Source of the DNA: Eutreptiella sp. 'Long Island Sound 2002'
Lineage: Eukaryota > Protista > Euglenida
Length of the DNA: 64,000 bases
Reading direction: 5' to 3'
NCBI GenBank assembly: GCA_964036045.1
Contig: OZ038379.1
Coordinates: forward strand, 30,814,001 to 30,878,000
The first letter of the stretch is position 1, and every line of letters begins with the position of its first letter. Shown here piece by piece: positions 11,040 to 23,290 of the stretch. The position numbers and the translations under genes are program-made. The notes beneath the pieces were generated by a model that worked only from the letters and a program-made list of their open reading frames with translations, did not search any database and had not been told where the DNA came from.

Positions 11040-14000
11040 CATCGCACATCCATCATCTGCTGGGAGTATGCGCCGTACTACCCCACAGGCACGGCTGATG
11101 TGTCCCTTCAAATTGTGGAGTATCGGCTGACTCATAAATGCCTAAGCCAAACCTTCAACACTAATGAACATTCTGCCCACTACCTGGAGTGGGTGCGGGT
11201 CAGATTAGAAAAGCTCACAGACACCCTGATGCCGTGCCACGGACACACAACACAACACCTTCCCCCACATTCCCACCACAAATGGTGGTGGTCGGCGGTA
11301 AAAAACCTAAATTGCACCCCGACACTGACGTTATGCGTGCAGCCCCCCAACTTGCACCGGAAGACAAAACCGTGTCTTTTGAAGCTTATTCAGTTCCTCG
11401 GCACGTCCCTGTCGGACGCATTGGTCGTTGTCGTTTTTCAACATCTCTCTCCATGTCAACAGCAACGTGCATTGCGGAATATGCGCCCTTATTGGAAAAA
11501 GTGAACCCCCCTCATCAATCAGACACACCTTGACGTTTACATTCCCCCGCCCTCGGGGCCTGTACCCATCGGCATACACACCCAGGGACAACACACAATT
11601 TGGGGGTGGGGGTTGGTTACGACCCAACCCCACACACCGACCGCTACCCCCAAAGAGGGTGCCTACAATTTGGGCTAGCAGGGAACTATTTTGGAGGGAG
11701 CGGTCAAAACAGGGTAATCGGGCATCCTCTGCCTGGTGGAGGCGCTCTACCGTCCATCCAAACCTAGGCTGCAACCTGTTCAGTGCACGGACTACCCGCA
11801 GTGATGCAAGACCTTGATGCCGCAGATGACCATATTGTCGGAGGGAAAAGTAGCCGCAGGCGATGTGCGACGCTGGCCAACATGTGGGCGTTTGATGGTC
11901 CAGACGACACACACTATCTCCGGGCCATTGACACTAAGGGGGACCTTAATCAATAAGTTTTGCACGTGCAGTCCGTTGTGGATGTTTGGCACCTAGGCCA
12001 TCGCATCCCTAGTGTATGTGGCTTGACAGGCGATGGCAAAGCCATGCTTTTTGCCAAATACCACAATGGTAAATGTTGGGTAGGTTGTAGTTCCATCAAC
12101 TGTTTGCAAGATGCTAGTTGTGTGCCGCCCCAACGTAGATGCGGGTCTTTTTTGCAGGCAATTGGTCCATGCAACCTCGTGGGCGACGTCGAGCACGGCT
12201 TGCGTCGCATCGCTAACGTTGTTGTGAAGCGACTGCGACTCAATGAAACCATAAAGGTTTCATTGAGACCGGTGCATCGGACCTTGCTCAGGCCGCAAAG
12301 GAGGCAAGGAAAGCTTTGGTTTTGGAGCTTCAAATTTTTTTGGATGAGGTGAAAAATGTCCCTCATGCCGAGCACTTGGCACCACGGCCAACAAAGGCCG
12401 GAAAATTTGATATAACGGGGGGCAAAATGTTTTTTGAGGATAACTTGAGCTAGACCATGTGGTGCCAAATTGTGTGTTGGCCATGAAAGTATTGGGTGCC
12501 GGAAGTTTGGGTGGTACATGCACTTTGTAGGTTTGTAGGGTTCGTGTTTGTGGGGACACTGAAGGGAAATTTGGGCTCCGTTTCTCTGGGTTTGGCCTGG
12601 GTTTCGGGGCAGATGTTGGAGTACAAGGATTATCCCATTCCCTAGGTTTGGTGTTGGGAGCAAGGGGAAACAGGCTAGCAATGCTAGGGGTGGCAGCATC
12701 CATGAGGCGCTTTAGGATCTTTTTTGCGCGGTGAGGAGATGGGGCTGAGATGACCGACATGTTGCTCATGAAACCCCATAGCTGTATCCAACTAACCATG
12801 TCATCGCAACATACAAGAGTGACATTTGAAAAGCAGAGGAAGGATGAATGGACAAGACTGCACTCACCTTTCAGCTGCATCATGAGGTTTGTGTTCGGGT
12901 GACCAGGCACAAGCAGCTGACCACAGGTTGTGGGAAATCAGGGAGATGATGTGCTTGTGGGTACGACTAGACTGCATTGCCACCAAAGCAAAATTGACAG
13001 CACTGGTTGCAGTGAGGTGCAGGTACACAACTAGTGATCCCTACCAGAGGGGACTGGTCCACTGACAGTGTCCAAACATCAAGGGCGATGGGGACGGACT
13101 GTTGCTCTGCCTTATGGGGTCCCCTGCTTCCCCCCTTTGACCCGTCTGCAGCACTACAAGGTCTTATATGGCAGTAGCGCATGGTCAGGAATAGAACATG
13201 CTACACAAGATTGCATCAAGCTGATCAAAAAGGTCAGGCTGCCTCATCAGAAGTGGCGGCAACGGGGCAGAGCCTCCTCACGGTGGTTAAATGGATTGGT
13301 TAAATAATCCCCACTTCCTGGATGCCTGCTCTCCGGATGGTGACAAACCAATAACTATCAGAAGTTAGTTAGAGAGAGTTAACAACGGGAACTACATACC
13401 TGCTATGCCCAACTTCCAGTGGTATGAAATACTTTCCCAAGCGACATGGACATGCATGCATCACGGACATTTTTGCGGTAGGCCACCGTTGACAAATATT
13501 TTCCTGCACCTTCGGTGTCAATGGAAATAGTGGTCCCTGTCAATTGAGCCCTTCTCCCTCCCTCCACCCCCAGTTTTGGGGGGCTCTATTTGACCTCCCC
13601 CCCTCACTTGAAAAAAAATCCAACTTCCCCGTTGCAGTCCAAAGCGGCACAACTCCCAGAATTCCTTCATTGAAGAAGGGGGTATGACTCATATGGGGGT
13701 TCTGTCTCAGGTGTGCACATGCAGAACTATGTGCTCAGTGCGTACAAACGGGGGCTTCAGCTGTCCTGATCACTTTTTGAGCTCTCTGACAGGGATAGAG
13801 CTTGGGGAGATCCTTTCAGCCACAGCCACCGCGACCCATCCAGGGCCACTTGCAGCCGATTGTTCTGCCCCTGCTGTCAGTTCCAAGCAGGGCGTTCCTT
13901 GAGGGGGTCCCTTTAGTCTCTATCTATCAAGGGTCTTCGGGGACTGCAGCCAGTGGTGAAATGCCAACTGCTGGCACTTCATTCCCAAGCGCCGGTGCTG

Positions 14001-15076
14001 AACCCCTGACTACCGACAGTTGCTGGTTAACCGACGGCCAGTTGATAGTTGTTGACGACTGTCTTGAGTTCATATTTGTCTTTCGGGCTCTTCGGTCCAT
14101 CGAGGCATTGGGGCCCTGGAAAGCTTCGATGCATAAAACACTGTATTTTCATGAATAACAGGTGTCATGTGCTGCTCCCCCATTCTGAGAAAGGGCATGA
14201 CAAATGAAGGAGCAGAACACAGTGCCAAGGTTAGCAATCGGACTCTTGTCCAAAATTCTCGGGGGGCAGCAGCGTGCAGAATGGTGAACCATCAGCAGCG
14301 TGCAGTGGACAGTGTGCAGCGTGATGTGCGGGGCGTGCACCATGCAACATGCATGGAGCAGTCGCCCCCCCAATCCCCATCCCCACCCACCACCACCACC
14401 ACCACCACCACCAGCTTGGTGCCAATTTGTCACTTGGTCAGTAAGCTGTGGCCCCTGTGGTGAAGGTTCAAACAAAAAAAAATGGCATTAGGGCCGCCGG
14501 ATCCTGCATCGGACTTCAGCCTTGCCACATCACTTTTACCTTCACCTGCTGGTCAAACTCAGGTTATGTGGCGTGTGTGCCACGCAGCAATTTCAGCGCT
14601 GTTCAGTTGTGGTCTGGATGGGCGCATAGGGTAGTGGGTGTGCACATGCCCTTACTGGGGTTTTGCCTTGGACACCAAGATGTGATATCACATGTGCAAA
14701 TGGGTCTTTAGGACAGGGTTGGGGCTCAGAAGAAATCGTGGTCCGATGCAACAGGGCCTACTGAGCAATGGAAAGGCTCAGTAGTGTGACTTGAGTGCTG
14801 CATGCTGCCTGTCTGGGGGAGGAGCTCTCATGGCGCCCCAGGGCTGTATCTGAGCCCCTGAGGCAGTCTGACTGCACCAAACTGAGAGAGATCCCCGGCA
14901 TTCCAGAGTTGGCGCCAACAGCAAAAGTAAACACCCAAAACAAAGCCAGCATGGTGCTTCAGTGATCTGAAAGCTGGGCAGGGCCTGTACTGCCCCGTGT
15001 CTCCATGGCACTCTGTGTCTGGGGCCCCTATGCACGGAGTGCACAGTTCCAAGTGGGAGAGAAGCGGCAAGTGTGG

Positions 15077-15754
15077 TTAGTGCTTTGTGATAATGGACGG
15101 GAACACATCCCGCATCTGATGGAAGATGCCGAAGTCCGGGTTCTCGCCGTCTCGCAGTGTATTCACTTCAGCGCACCCCACGGACACGGACCGGAGGTAC
15201 GGCAAGAACCACCCCTCCGGGCCCCAGTCATACTGACTGTTGGGGTCTGGGTACCAGTTCGCCAGCTCCTGTTCATCCCCCTTGCAGCACAGCTGCCGTG
15301 TGTTGCCAAGGGGGTGCAGGCAGGCCCTTCGGAAGCTCTTGTAGTCGAGCTTCATGCCGTAGCACGGGTTCTGGTACCGGAAATCGCGCAGGTTGCGCCA
15401 CAGGACGCCCGCCGCGGCCTTCTTGACGGCGTAGGCATGCGTGCACATCCCGCAGCAGGGCTGGTTGTACACAATGTGCTGTGTGATGGGCACGCTGCTG
15501 GTGGTGGTGCACCGCAGCGAGCACAGCCCCAGGTACACGAAGTGCTGCCCCAGCCCGTCGGCCGTTGTCAGGGTGCGCCCGATGTAGCCCCTGGCCTCCG
15601 AAACGTTGATGACTGGGTGGGTTGCGACATCGTCCTCCAGGATGACCGCCCAGCCGTCGGAGGACAGGGTACGGTCTGCGGCGACAACCTCCCAGGCGCG
15701 GATGTGGGAGAGCAGGCAGCCGGCGTACCGCAGCGCGTGGTTGTTCTTGTCGCC
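15077..15754 (-). CDS. tandem GT25-like glycosyltransferase, exon 3 (catalytic-type domain 2, stop)
   Basis: Acceptor cccttttAG (15756-15755), then 226 codons GDKNNHALRYAGCLLSHIRAWEVV...WAVILEDDV...YLGLC...CTHAYAV...ITKH*. GCxLSHxxxW and ILEDD are hallmark GT25 motifs. Confidence 0.85.
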   Translation of the reverse strand, partial: GDKNNHALRYAGCLLSHIRAWEVVAADRTLSSDGWAVILEDDVATHPVINVSEARGYIGRTLTTADGLGQHFVYLGLCSLRCTTTSSVPITQHIVYNQPCCGMCTHAYAVKKAAAGVLWRNLRDFRYQNPCYGMKLDYKSFRRACLHPLGNTRQLCCKGDEQELANWYPDPNSQYDWGPEGWFLPYLRSVSVGCAEVNTLRDGENPDFGIFHQMRDVFPSIITKH

Positions 15755-16723
15755 CTAAAAGGGACGTGGCAGGTGGGGCTGAAGCAGGGCACCCCCTCCG
15801 CCCAAGCAGGAGACGGTCGCCAAGTGACGCTAGCCCCAGCACATTGTTGACTCGCCCACAGTCCGGGGGGGGCTCAAAGGCATGGGGGGGAGGGGGGTGA
15901 CTGGGACTGGGACCCTGACACTAACACCCCCTTCAACTGTTGGGGCCCTGTGGGGGTGTGTATGTGTGTCAGTGGAGGGGTCCTTGGGGGAGGGGGGGTC
16001 CCAGGTACCCCAACATACATGCCTCAAAAGGATCCCCTCGTCGCGCTGATCACTTTAAACACACATATTTGGAGTTTTTGAAACAGAAACCCCCTGGGGG
16101 TCTGGTCCCAGCAGCTGGGTTTTGGGGGGCTGGGTTGGGGAGGTCAGGGTCAAAAGAGGTTTCATGCTTTGCCCGCATGTCTGAATTCCCCATGAAATTC
16201 TGAGCATTTTGATTGCATACACAAATAGGGTGAAAACAAAATTGTACCCTCCCCCCCCACCCTGGGTGCCGGGGACTGGCTGTATCGCAATGTTCCATTC
16301 AAAAGTTTCTTCCTCCTGCAATGAACCTCAACCCCCTTGTGCACTTTCCCGCACGTTCACCCGATTGCTATTGCAAAGGACCATCGATCTCTGCCACAGC
16401 AACTCCCAGTGGCCCATAGCACACCTGCAGCAGGGAATGTGGGTGTGAGGTCAGTGAACACAAGTGAACAAAGGCAACAACTGTACAGAACCTACCCTAA
16501 GCGATTACTGGTGGTCAAAGTGACGCACATCCCCACCCCCCCCCTTCCCCGCCCCCAGGGGACAACAGGGGGTAGGGCATAACAAAGGGGGTGGAGGGTT
16601 AGGCAAAGTGCAGGTCGGAGCGTAGCAGTGGCAAGCAGCCACGCTTGCCACACGCTGCAAATAAGGAGGTGGCAGGCAGCGACACAGCAGGACCACGCGA
16701 GCGAAGACAGTGACAGCGGGGAC

Positions 16724-17381
16724 CTGGGGCAGGTGCTGTCCCTCCCGGTCCGGGCGCCCTCGGAAGAACATGATGTTGGCGTGCACGAACTGCTTCGGCT
16801 CCGCCATGTTCTCCGACGTGTACGCCTCTATGAACGTCGACTCAAAGCCCATTCGAGTCGCAAGCTTCTGTGTCCAGTTGAAGCGTGCGCTTGTCGACGA
16901 ATGGCTGATGATGTAGCTCTTCAGCAGCTGCTGTGGCCCGCTCTCATTGACCAGGGGCAGCGCGTGTGCCAGTGGGGGCGGCATGCGAGGCTGCACCACT
17001 TTTGGCGCAGCCACTGGCAGCGGCAGTGGCAGTGGCTGGGGCTTAGATGGGACCATGACCTTTGGCGACCACCGCGGGGTGCCCTCGCGCTCCTTGTGGA
17101 AGACGCCGTGGTCACCGCTCGCTGGCTTGCGCAGGTCCACGCACCCGACAACGTGGTGATACCGTAAATACGGCAGCAGCCACACCTCCGGACCCCAGTC
17201 GTACTTGGACCGCGGGTCCGGATGCCACTTCCGCAGCAACTCGGGGCTGCGGTCGCTAGAGCAGCAGACCTCTTTCGTCAGACCTGTCAGGGAGTTGCAG
17301 CGTCCAGTGTTGATGGCGACACAGGGGTCCTGGTACTTGAAAGCGCGGATCTGGCCCCAGAAGTTCGCCGCAGAGCGCTTC
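16724..17381 (-). CDS. tandem GT25-like glycosyltransferase, exon 2 (end of domain 1, Pro-rich linker, start of domain 2)
   Basis: Acceptor caccAG (17383-17382), donor CAG|GTC (16723). KRSAANFW...WHPDPRSKYDWGPEVWLLPYLR aligns with exon-3 KKAAAGVLW...WYPDPNSQYDWGPEGWFLPYLR. KSYIISHSSTSARF...AEPKQFVHANIMFFRG aligns with exon-1 KAFITAPSEQSTRY...AEPATHHTARDLFFDG. Confidence 0.85.
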
Positions 17382-18862
17382 CTGGTGACATGACAAAATG
17401 ATGCGGTGTAGCAAATCCGGCCGTCCGTTGGGAGCTCGCTGTCTACCCCAAATGGCTGATGAGGGATGTGCTGAATGAGAACATGGACCATAGCAGTCAT
17501 TTCACAGGTGCGACGTAATTTTTGATTGAATTCCGGCAACAAAACACGATCAGTGCCCACTCCCCCAGGGGTCGTGACATCGCCCCACTTCAGTCCACAA
17601 GCTCAACGGTCCAACCACAAGGTACTGTTGTTGGCTGTGCCATGGGGAACACTGAAAACTGGGGGCCGAAGCCACAGGGACGAACATTTGACAACAAGTG
17701 TAGTCCCCCCATATGTACCTCACGGTAATCAGCACGACGCAGTCCTCCATCCGCGATCCCCTCTTGGCTCTTGGCCCAGGCCCAACTGCAGACCTCCCAC
17801 GTCACGTCGTGGGTGTCAGGTTCATCTCAGCGCCGCCCGTGCGGAAACTGCACATTTGGCTTTGAGTGATCGGCGGTCATCTATTGCCATTCAATGTTCG
17901 ACCGCGGCAGCAACTGCACAAGACACCTCTGCCAATCCGTCTGCATTCGTTGTGTGGGGGGAGCCATCAGTTCGTCCTGTGTCGCCCGGATGTGTGTCTG
18001 CATCCTCTTCCGGTCCCAGTTCCTCAACATCTACCTCAACGAAGGCGTCAACCACACGTGTGTATGAATCTTGGGGTATGGGCAGGTGAGGAACAGAATG
18101 ACGAGAGTGATGTGCTTCTGTACAGGGTATCAGGGAAGTCCGGGCGCATGGTGTCAGGCACCATGCGCCCAAGGCCCAGGGGCTCCGTTTACCGTAAGGA
18201 AGCTCGACTGGGGGCCGTAGGTGGAAGAGGGTACTTGTCATCGCCCATGGGCATTGGCAGGTGCAGTGGGAGGACATGTGTGGGGGGGGAAGGGGGATGT
18301 TGAGTGGCGCAGGCCAGTACCGGCAGATCACGGTGCCCACCTGGAGATGGGGCACAGGGCAAAGGCTTGCGCCCTGTGCAGAGGGGCGTGCCACCGAAAA
18401 TTCCACAAACAAAAGGGGAAAGCCCACAACAAATTCCTAAATGCATCGCAGTGCAGTTGCTTTGCCGATTCCCCGTAGCGCTAATTCTACGCTAATCTGC
18501 GCATTGTCCTGTTTTCCCTGCTTTGGTTATTGGCCACAACAGAGGCTTTGCAGAACCAGAATGAGAGTATCAGAGAGCCTGTCAACAATGATAGATGATC
18601 CAGAAATGTGAGATTACACATTTCTAAAAATAAAAAAAGGCCACCCCCACCCCCCAAATGTAATCACCTTTTCCACCCATCACCCCCCCTTTCTGCCACA
18701 CCTTGATCATAGGGAATGCCATGCACGTAGTGCGCACGCAGTGCATCAACTTGGCCATAGATGCTCGCTCCCGTTCATACTGGATTGTGGACCTCACAGC
18801 AAGCCCTGCTACCCATCAGAGGAAAACGAACCCATCAGAAACCACTGTCTGCCTCTCCACAC

Positions 18863-19461
18863 CTGATGACATGGGCGTGGGTGCACATGCCGCAACACGG
18901 GTACTGGTAAACAAGTGCCGGCTCCTGCCAGATGTCCACCATGTGCTTCGGCTGGCAGCGGATTGTGCAGAGCCCAAGGTACGCAAAGTCATGGTCTGCC
19001 CTTGCGGCAGCAGCTATCCCTGCCTCCACAATCCGCCGGACCTGTTTGGGGTCAAGCGCCGGGTTCACCACCACCTCCTCGTCAAGCACCAGGGCCCAGC
19101 CATCCTCTGGCAACCCAGGATCCTGCGCTACTGCCTGCCATGCTGCCGCCTGCGTCAGTGTCATGGCCGCATACCGAAGCGCAGTGCTCCGGCGCGGCGG
19201 CAGTGCAAGGTCACTGCTCTGCGGCACCCCATCGAAGAAGAGGTCGCGCGCAGTGTGATGCGTGGCAGGTTCCGCAAGGCGATGGGCGGTGTAGGACTCC
19301 ACAAGCGTCGGCGGCAGTCCCACAAGCGTCAGGAGGTCTCTTGCGCGGGCGTAGCGTGTGGATTGTTCAGAGGGGGCAGTGATGAAGGCCTTGAGGGGAG
19401 GAGGATTGTCTGATGCTTGGCACATCAGCCACAACAGACAAAGCCCAGGGAGGATCCGCAT
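18863..19461 (-). CDS. tandem GT25-like glycosyltransferase, exon 1 (signal peptide, domain 1)
   Basis: ATG 19461 MRILPGLCLLWLMCQAS (signal-like); ALRYAAMTLTQAAAWQAV...WALVLDEEV...YLGLC...YPCCGMCTHAHV; donor AG|GTGTGG at 18862. The spliced CDS is 599+658+678=1935 nt, or 644 aa, in frame. Confidence 0.85.
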
Positions 19462-19801
19462 GGCATGGGCACAAACAGGGGCTCTTGGATGGTGAGGTAG
19501 GGACTACCTCAACATATGGTGCAGGGCACTTCACCCAGAAGACAGATTCAGCGGTCTGGATCAGGGCCACAAACCAGAAACGGGATGTTTAAGAGGGACA
19601 GCATTACATCTGAGCATATACAATCATTATTCGAGCGCACAGCAGTCCCGTTACCCAGTGAAGAAGTGGTGGTCATACTGCTAGGCTGCGGATCAAAGCA
19701 TCCAGTGCGAAGCCCAGGGAGCAGGAGAAGGGCTACATTGTCATATGCATCGAGGACTGGCCCCCCTGCCTTCCCTTGTCGAAACTGTAGTCAACAACAG
19801 C

Positions 19802-20400
19802 TAGGGATTTATGTGAGAAGCAGCAATAGAAAAATATGTGGTAAAAATGTGGTATTATGTGGGAAATGTGGTAATACATGGTAAAATATGTGGACTTCTG
19901 GTCATCAAATTTTTTCCGAATACATGGCCCTGGATGGCCAGTTTTATTTCTTGGCGTTGTTTGGATGGATGCCATTAATTCTTGGGGCGTCCTGTGCGTG
20001 CTATGAATCTCTGGTGTTCCATGGACACCAGCAAACCACAACACTTTCAGTCTATGTGAAGCCCACATCTGCCTTTAGTCCAATCGTCCTTCCAAATCTC
20101 CATTATAGTGTGTCATGAAAGCTTGCCGGCAGCCATTGTCATCCACACCATGTCGTTGGTCTGTATCTGTGTACTTGGCAAATGAAAAAAAGCGCTCAAC
20201 ACTGCCGGTCCTCATCACCATGGTGATGAGGAACAACACATAATCCTTGAGGGCAGATGATGGGGAAGAGTCGCACCATTCAACAAGGTGCATTGGGCCT
20301 GTTATGTCGCGAAAAGTGGTCTCGACATAGGCAGCCCGCTCATCCCACGGGGGCTGCCGCCAGCCAATGTGTGACCCCGAGGGGTGTGCAACCGTTTTGG
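19802..20400 (-). mobile_element. hAT transposon relic (C-terminal dimerisation domain and one terminus)
   Basis: ORF 20075-20503 contains TGSVERFFSFAKYTDTDQRHGVDD (hAT S-x-ER-x-FS...R motif). An Ac-like terminus TAGGGAT at 19802 is followed by ATGTGG(T) subterminal repeats (19836-19892). Confidence 0.6.
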
Positions 20401-21785
20401 GGGCTGTAAGGGGAGGGGGGGGGGGGGCTTCGTTGACCCAAACCCAGCACCTTTTCATTGGGCACCTCCGAATGCACAAACAGACAAAGCTAACAACACG
20501 CACTCATAGCTCGTGATTGCTCTCTGCACTGCAGCACTTCCAAACCAGTACTGAATGTGTTCGCCCATAGGCTATTGAATGTCTCTTAGGCTGGCTTGGG
20601 TCAACTCTCTCCCCCCCCCTGTGCGTCCGTATCCCCAACTCGAGGGGCCACGCAAAACCGTGGGAGTCCGTATCCCCAACTCAAGGGGCCACACAAAAGT
20701 GTGGGAGTCCATATCCCTAACTTAAGGGGCCACGCCAAAGCATGGGAGTCAAAAAAAAAAAGGAAAGAAAGTGGTAGGCAAAATTGTCTGACTTGCATTG
20801 TCCCCATGCAGAAGGGCCCCAACAAAAGCAGGAAGTGGCTTTATGCGTTGTTGAATTCCCCTGAAAAATCTGCGGATTTTGGGTATAAACACATGTGGTG
20901 GAAACAAAAGTTCGCCCTGTACCGGGTGCCTAAAACAAAATCTCCGGCGCCTCCGAGAGCGCGGTTGCAGGGTTCAAGTGCTGGCTCATACATAGAATCC
21001 ACAAAGGACGTTGTCCGCTAGAGATAGCAGGGCGGTGGCCATGAAGGTTGGAATCCGCTTAGGAGTGTGTAACAACCCACCTGCCGAAGCGAGCAGCTTC
21101 GAAAATGGATGATGCTCAAGCCAGAGGCATTGTTTGACTTACACCGCGCCGCTGCTGTGGCAGCAGGGCAGGTGCAGCAGTGCGTAGGCGAGACGCAAGG
21201 GTTCGCGGTGCTGGCTCCGGGGTGACCCGGAGGGAAGTATCCCTTGGTGCAGATCTTGGTTGCAGTAGCGAGTATTCTTTCTGGTGGCTCATGCAGGCTC
21301 TCTCTTGCAGAGGCCTGCTGCTGGCCTGAGTGGTTGAGGACTGGAGTGGAGCAGGCTTCCATACCAACAGCCGTTGAATATGGGTCAGTCGATTGTAAGC
21401 CAGATGGCAATGCTCACGGATACGGCAAAGGCTGCAAAGTTCGGGGCCTCTGGCTCCGGGTCGCCCGTCCCGCGGCTGGCGCCGTGCTGGTCCCCCACTG
21501 GGTGCCATGGGGTGCGCGGCGCTGCGCCCTTCGGGTGAAGCTCGGTGCCAGGGCTCTGCCTTGCAGGAGTGGCGAACAGGCAGACGAATCTAATATTCCG
21601 ACACGCTGGTACCAGGGTCTTGGCTGATGATACTCAGAACGCTTTCTCGGAGAGATTGCTGGGAAGGGCCAGTGGCAACGCTGGTGTTTTTTTTTTTTTT
21701 TTTTTTTGATCAAAAAGGCCAGTTCATAAGTGCCAGGGGCCACAGTGGACCAAGTTCGAAGTAAGATACAGATTTCGGCATACAA

Positions 21786-23276
21786 GTGGGACTGGAAGAC
21801 CGCACAGACACACTACAACCAGAACCGGCCAAGACTACAATCGTAGTGGAGTGCCCACCAGAAACGGGCATCAGGACGCGAGACGCATTTATGAAACGGA
21901 TCAACGGCCACCAGTCTGACGTCGCATCCACCATAGCAAGCAAAGACCCCCACAACACTTTTCGGTGGAAGTGCGCATCCGAACACACCGCGGGGCAAAG
22001 TGGGTCGCACGCCTGGAGACTACACCTGCCCATGCAATTGCTGCCTCGCTTGACACAAGCACTGCAGACCATAAAACAGGAGGAGGAAAACGCCGGCAAC
22101 CCTGGACCCTACTGGCTCACCGAAACGGACTATGAGAGCCTGTATATACTGAGACAACAATACACGGAACACAAAGAAGACAGAATAACGTCCGTACAGG
22201 AGATACTGGACGACCTGGACAGGGAACAGCTCGAGCTAGGAAGGAGCATTGCATCCTTCCTCAAGGGGTTCCGACCAGTGGACTCATACCGTCTACTGGT
22301 ACAATTCCACCCAGACGCAGACCGACGCTTGATTGCCCAACTACTGAAGGGCATGAAAAGCTACGAACTGGTCCACGTGATGACCAACGTCATCCTCAAC
22401 CGCAACAACTGGACACAGTCCACGAGCCGCTCTAGGGACATCAAGCGACCGCCAAAACCGACTAGGCACGACACCACGACGGTGTTCGTAGGGTGGACAC
22501 AGGGCGCAGGAGACGACACGGCGAAAGTCGTGGCATCATTCTTTGGATGCTGGACCAGCTGGAAGCCAGAACCCAACATGTGGAGCGACGCGGGCTGCAC
22601 CTACGCCTCCCTCCAATACCAGCACGCCACGGCAGTGGCCCTCAGTGCCGGACAATACATCGGAGTGGCACCCGGTGAATACGTCCACATCACGCTAGGA
22701 GATGACAACACGGACACACAGGCGGCAGAGCGCATCGACCAGATGCTCGCGCACAAAATGCCGCAGGAAACGGGCGACGACGCGGCCTTCAGGAGACGAA
22801 TGAAGGCAGGGAAGCAACTGGGCTCAGACATGATGACTGAACGCGTCATCAAGGAAATCAACAGGGAAAAGCAGCTGTTCGCAGAGCCGGAACCCATCAA
22901 CGTGGCAGACTGGGACGAGGCCATCCTGAACGAACTCGGCCAAGCCTCCAACGACGACACCCCATCAAACACCCACCCAAATATGGCCACCATGGACACG
23001 GATGAAACCCCCGTCCAGCAACCAGACAACCCGGCAAAATTAACCACAACACACGCACGGCAGTCACACCCAGCACAGAAAACCAAGGCCCACAACAAGA
23101 CACCACAGAAAACGCCCACAAAAACAACGCCACCACCAAAAAAGAAGAAGGCAGCACCTGCATCGCCGCAATCCACACAACAAGCAGACAGTACGGCTGC
23201 CTTCACTGTGGACAACAGACACAAGGGGAAAGGAAAGGGACCGCCAAAAAACCCGCAGGGCAAAGGGAAAAAGTGA
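21786..23276 (+). CDS. LINE ORF1 protein (probably 5'-truncated), 496 aa
   Basis: Long uninterrupted ORF with a Lys/Pro-rich C-terminus, directly upstream of an APE-containing ORF2 (14-nt spacer to ATG 23291). The frame opens at 21765. Confidence 0.75.
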   Translation: MGLEDRTDTLQPEPAKTTIVVECPPETGIRTRDAFMKRINGHQSDVASTIASKDPHNTFRWKCASEHTAGQSGSHAWRLHLPMQLLPRLTQALQTIKQEEENAGNPGPYWLTETDYESLYILRQQYTEHKEDRITSVQEILDDLDREQLELGRSIASFLKGFRPVDSYRLLVQFHPDADRRLIAQLLKGMKSYELVHVMTNVILNRNNWTQSTSRSRDIKRPPKPTRHDTTTVFVGWTQGAGDDTAKVVASFFGCWTSWKPEPNMWSDAGCTYASLQYQHATAVALSAGQYIGVAPGEYVHITLGDDNTDTQAAERIDQMLAHKMPQETGDDAAFRRRMKAGKQLGSDMMTERVIKEINREKQLFAEPEPINVADWDEAILNELGQASNDDTPSNTHPNMATMDTDETPVQQPDNPAKLTTTHARQSHPAQKTKAHNKTPQKTPTKTTPPPKKKKAAPASPQSTQQADSTAAFTVDNRHKGKGKGPPKNPQGKGKK

Positions 23277-23290
23277 GGTGCCTGTTCCTC

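Noticed and set aside
10971-13330. Protein-like fragments (CGICALIG...; YKVLYGSSAW; FTIVVFGKKHGFAIAC)
   Set aside because: Probably old retroelement or transposon debris on both strands, but the motifs are too weak to assign a family or boundaries.
15005-15850. 281-aa plus-strand ORF (also 16628-17167, 18703-19413 and 31255-31749)
   Set aside because: These are antisense shadows of GC-rich coding exons on the minus strand.
22081-22110. EENAGNPGP in LINE ORF1 as a second 2A site
   Set aside because: It has NPGP but lacks the D-x-E/H-x spacing and the hydrophobic upstream helix, so it is probably chance.
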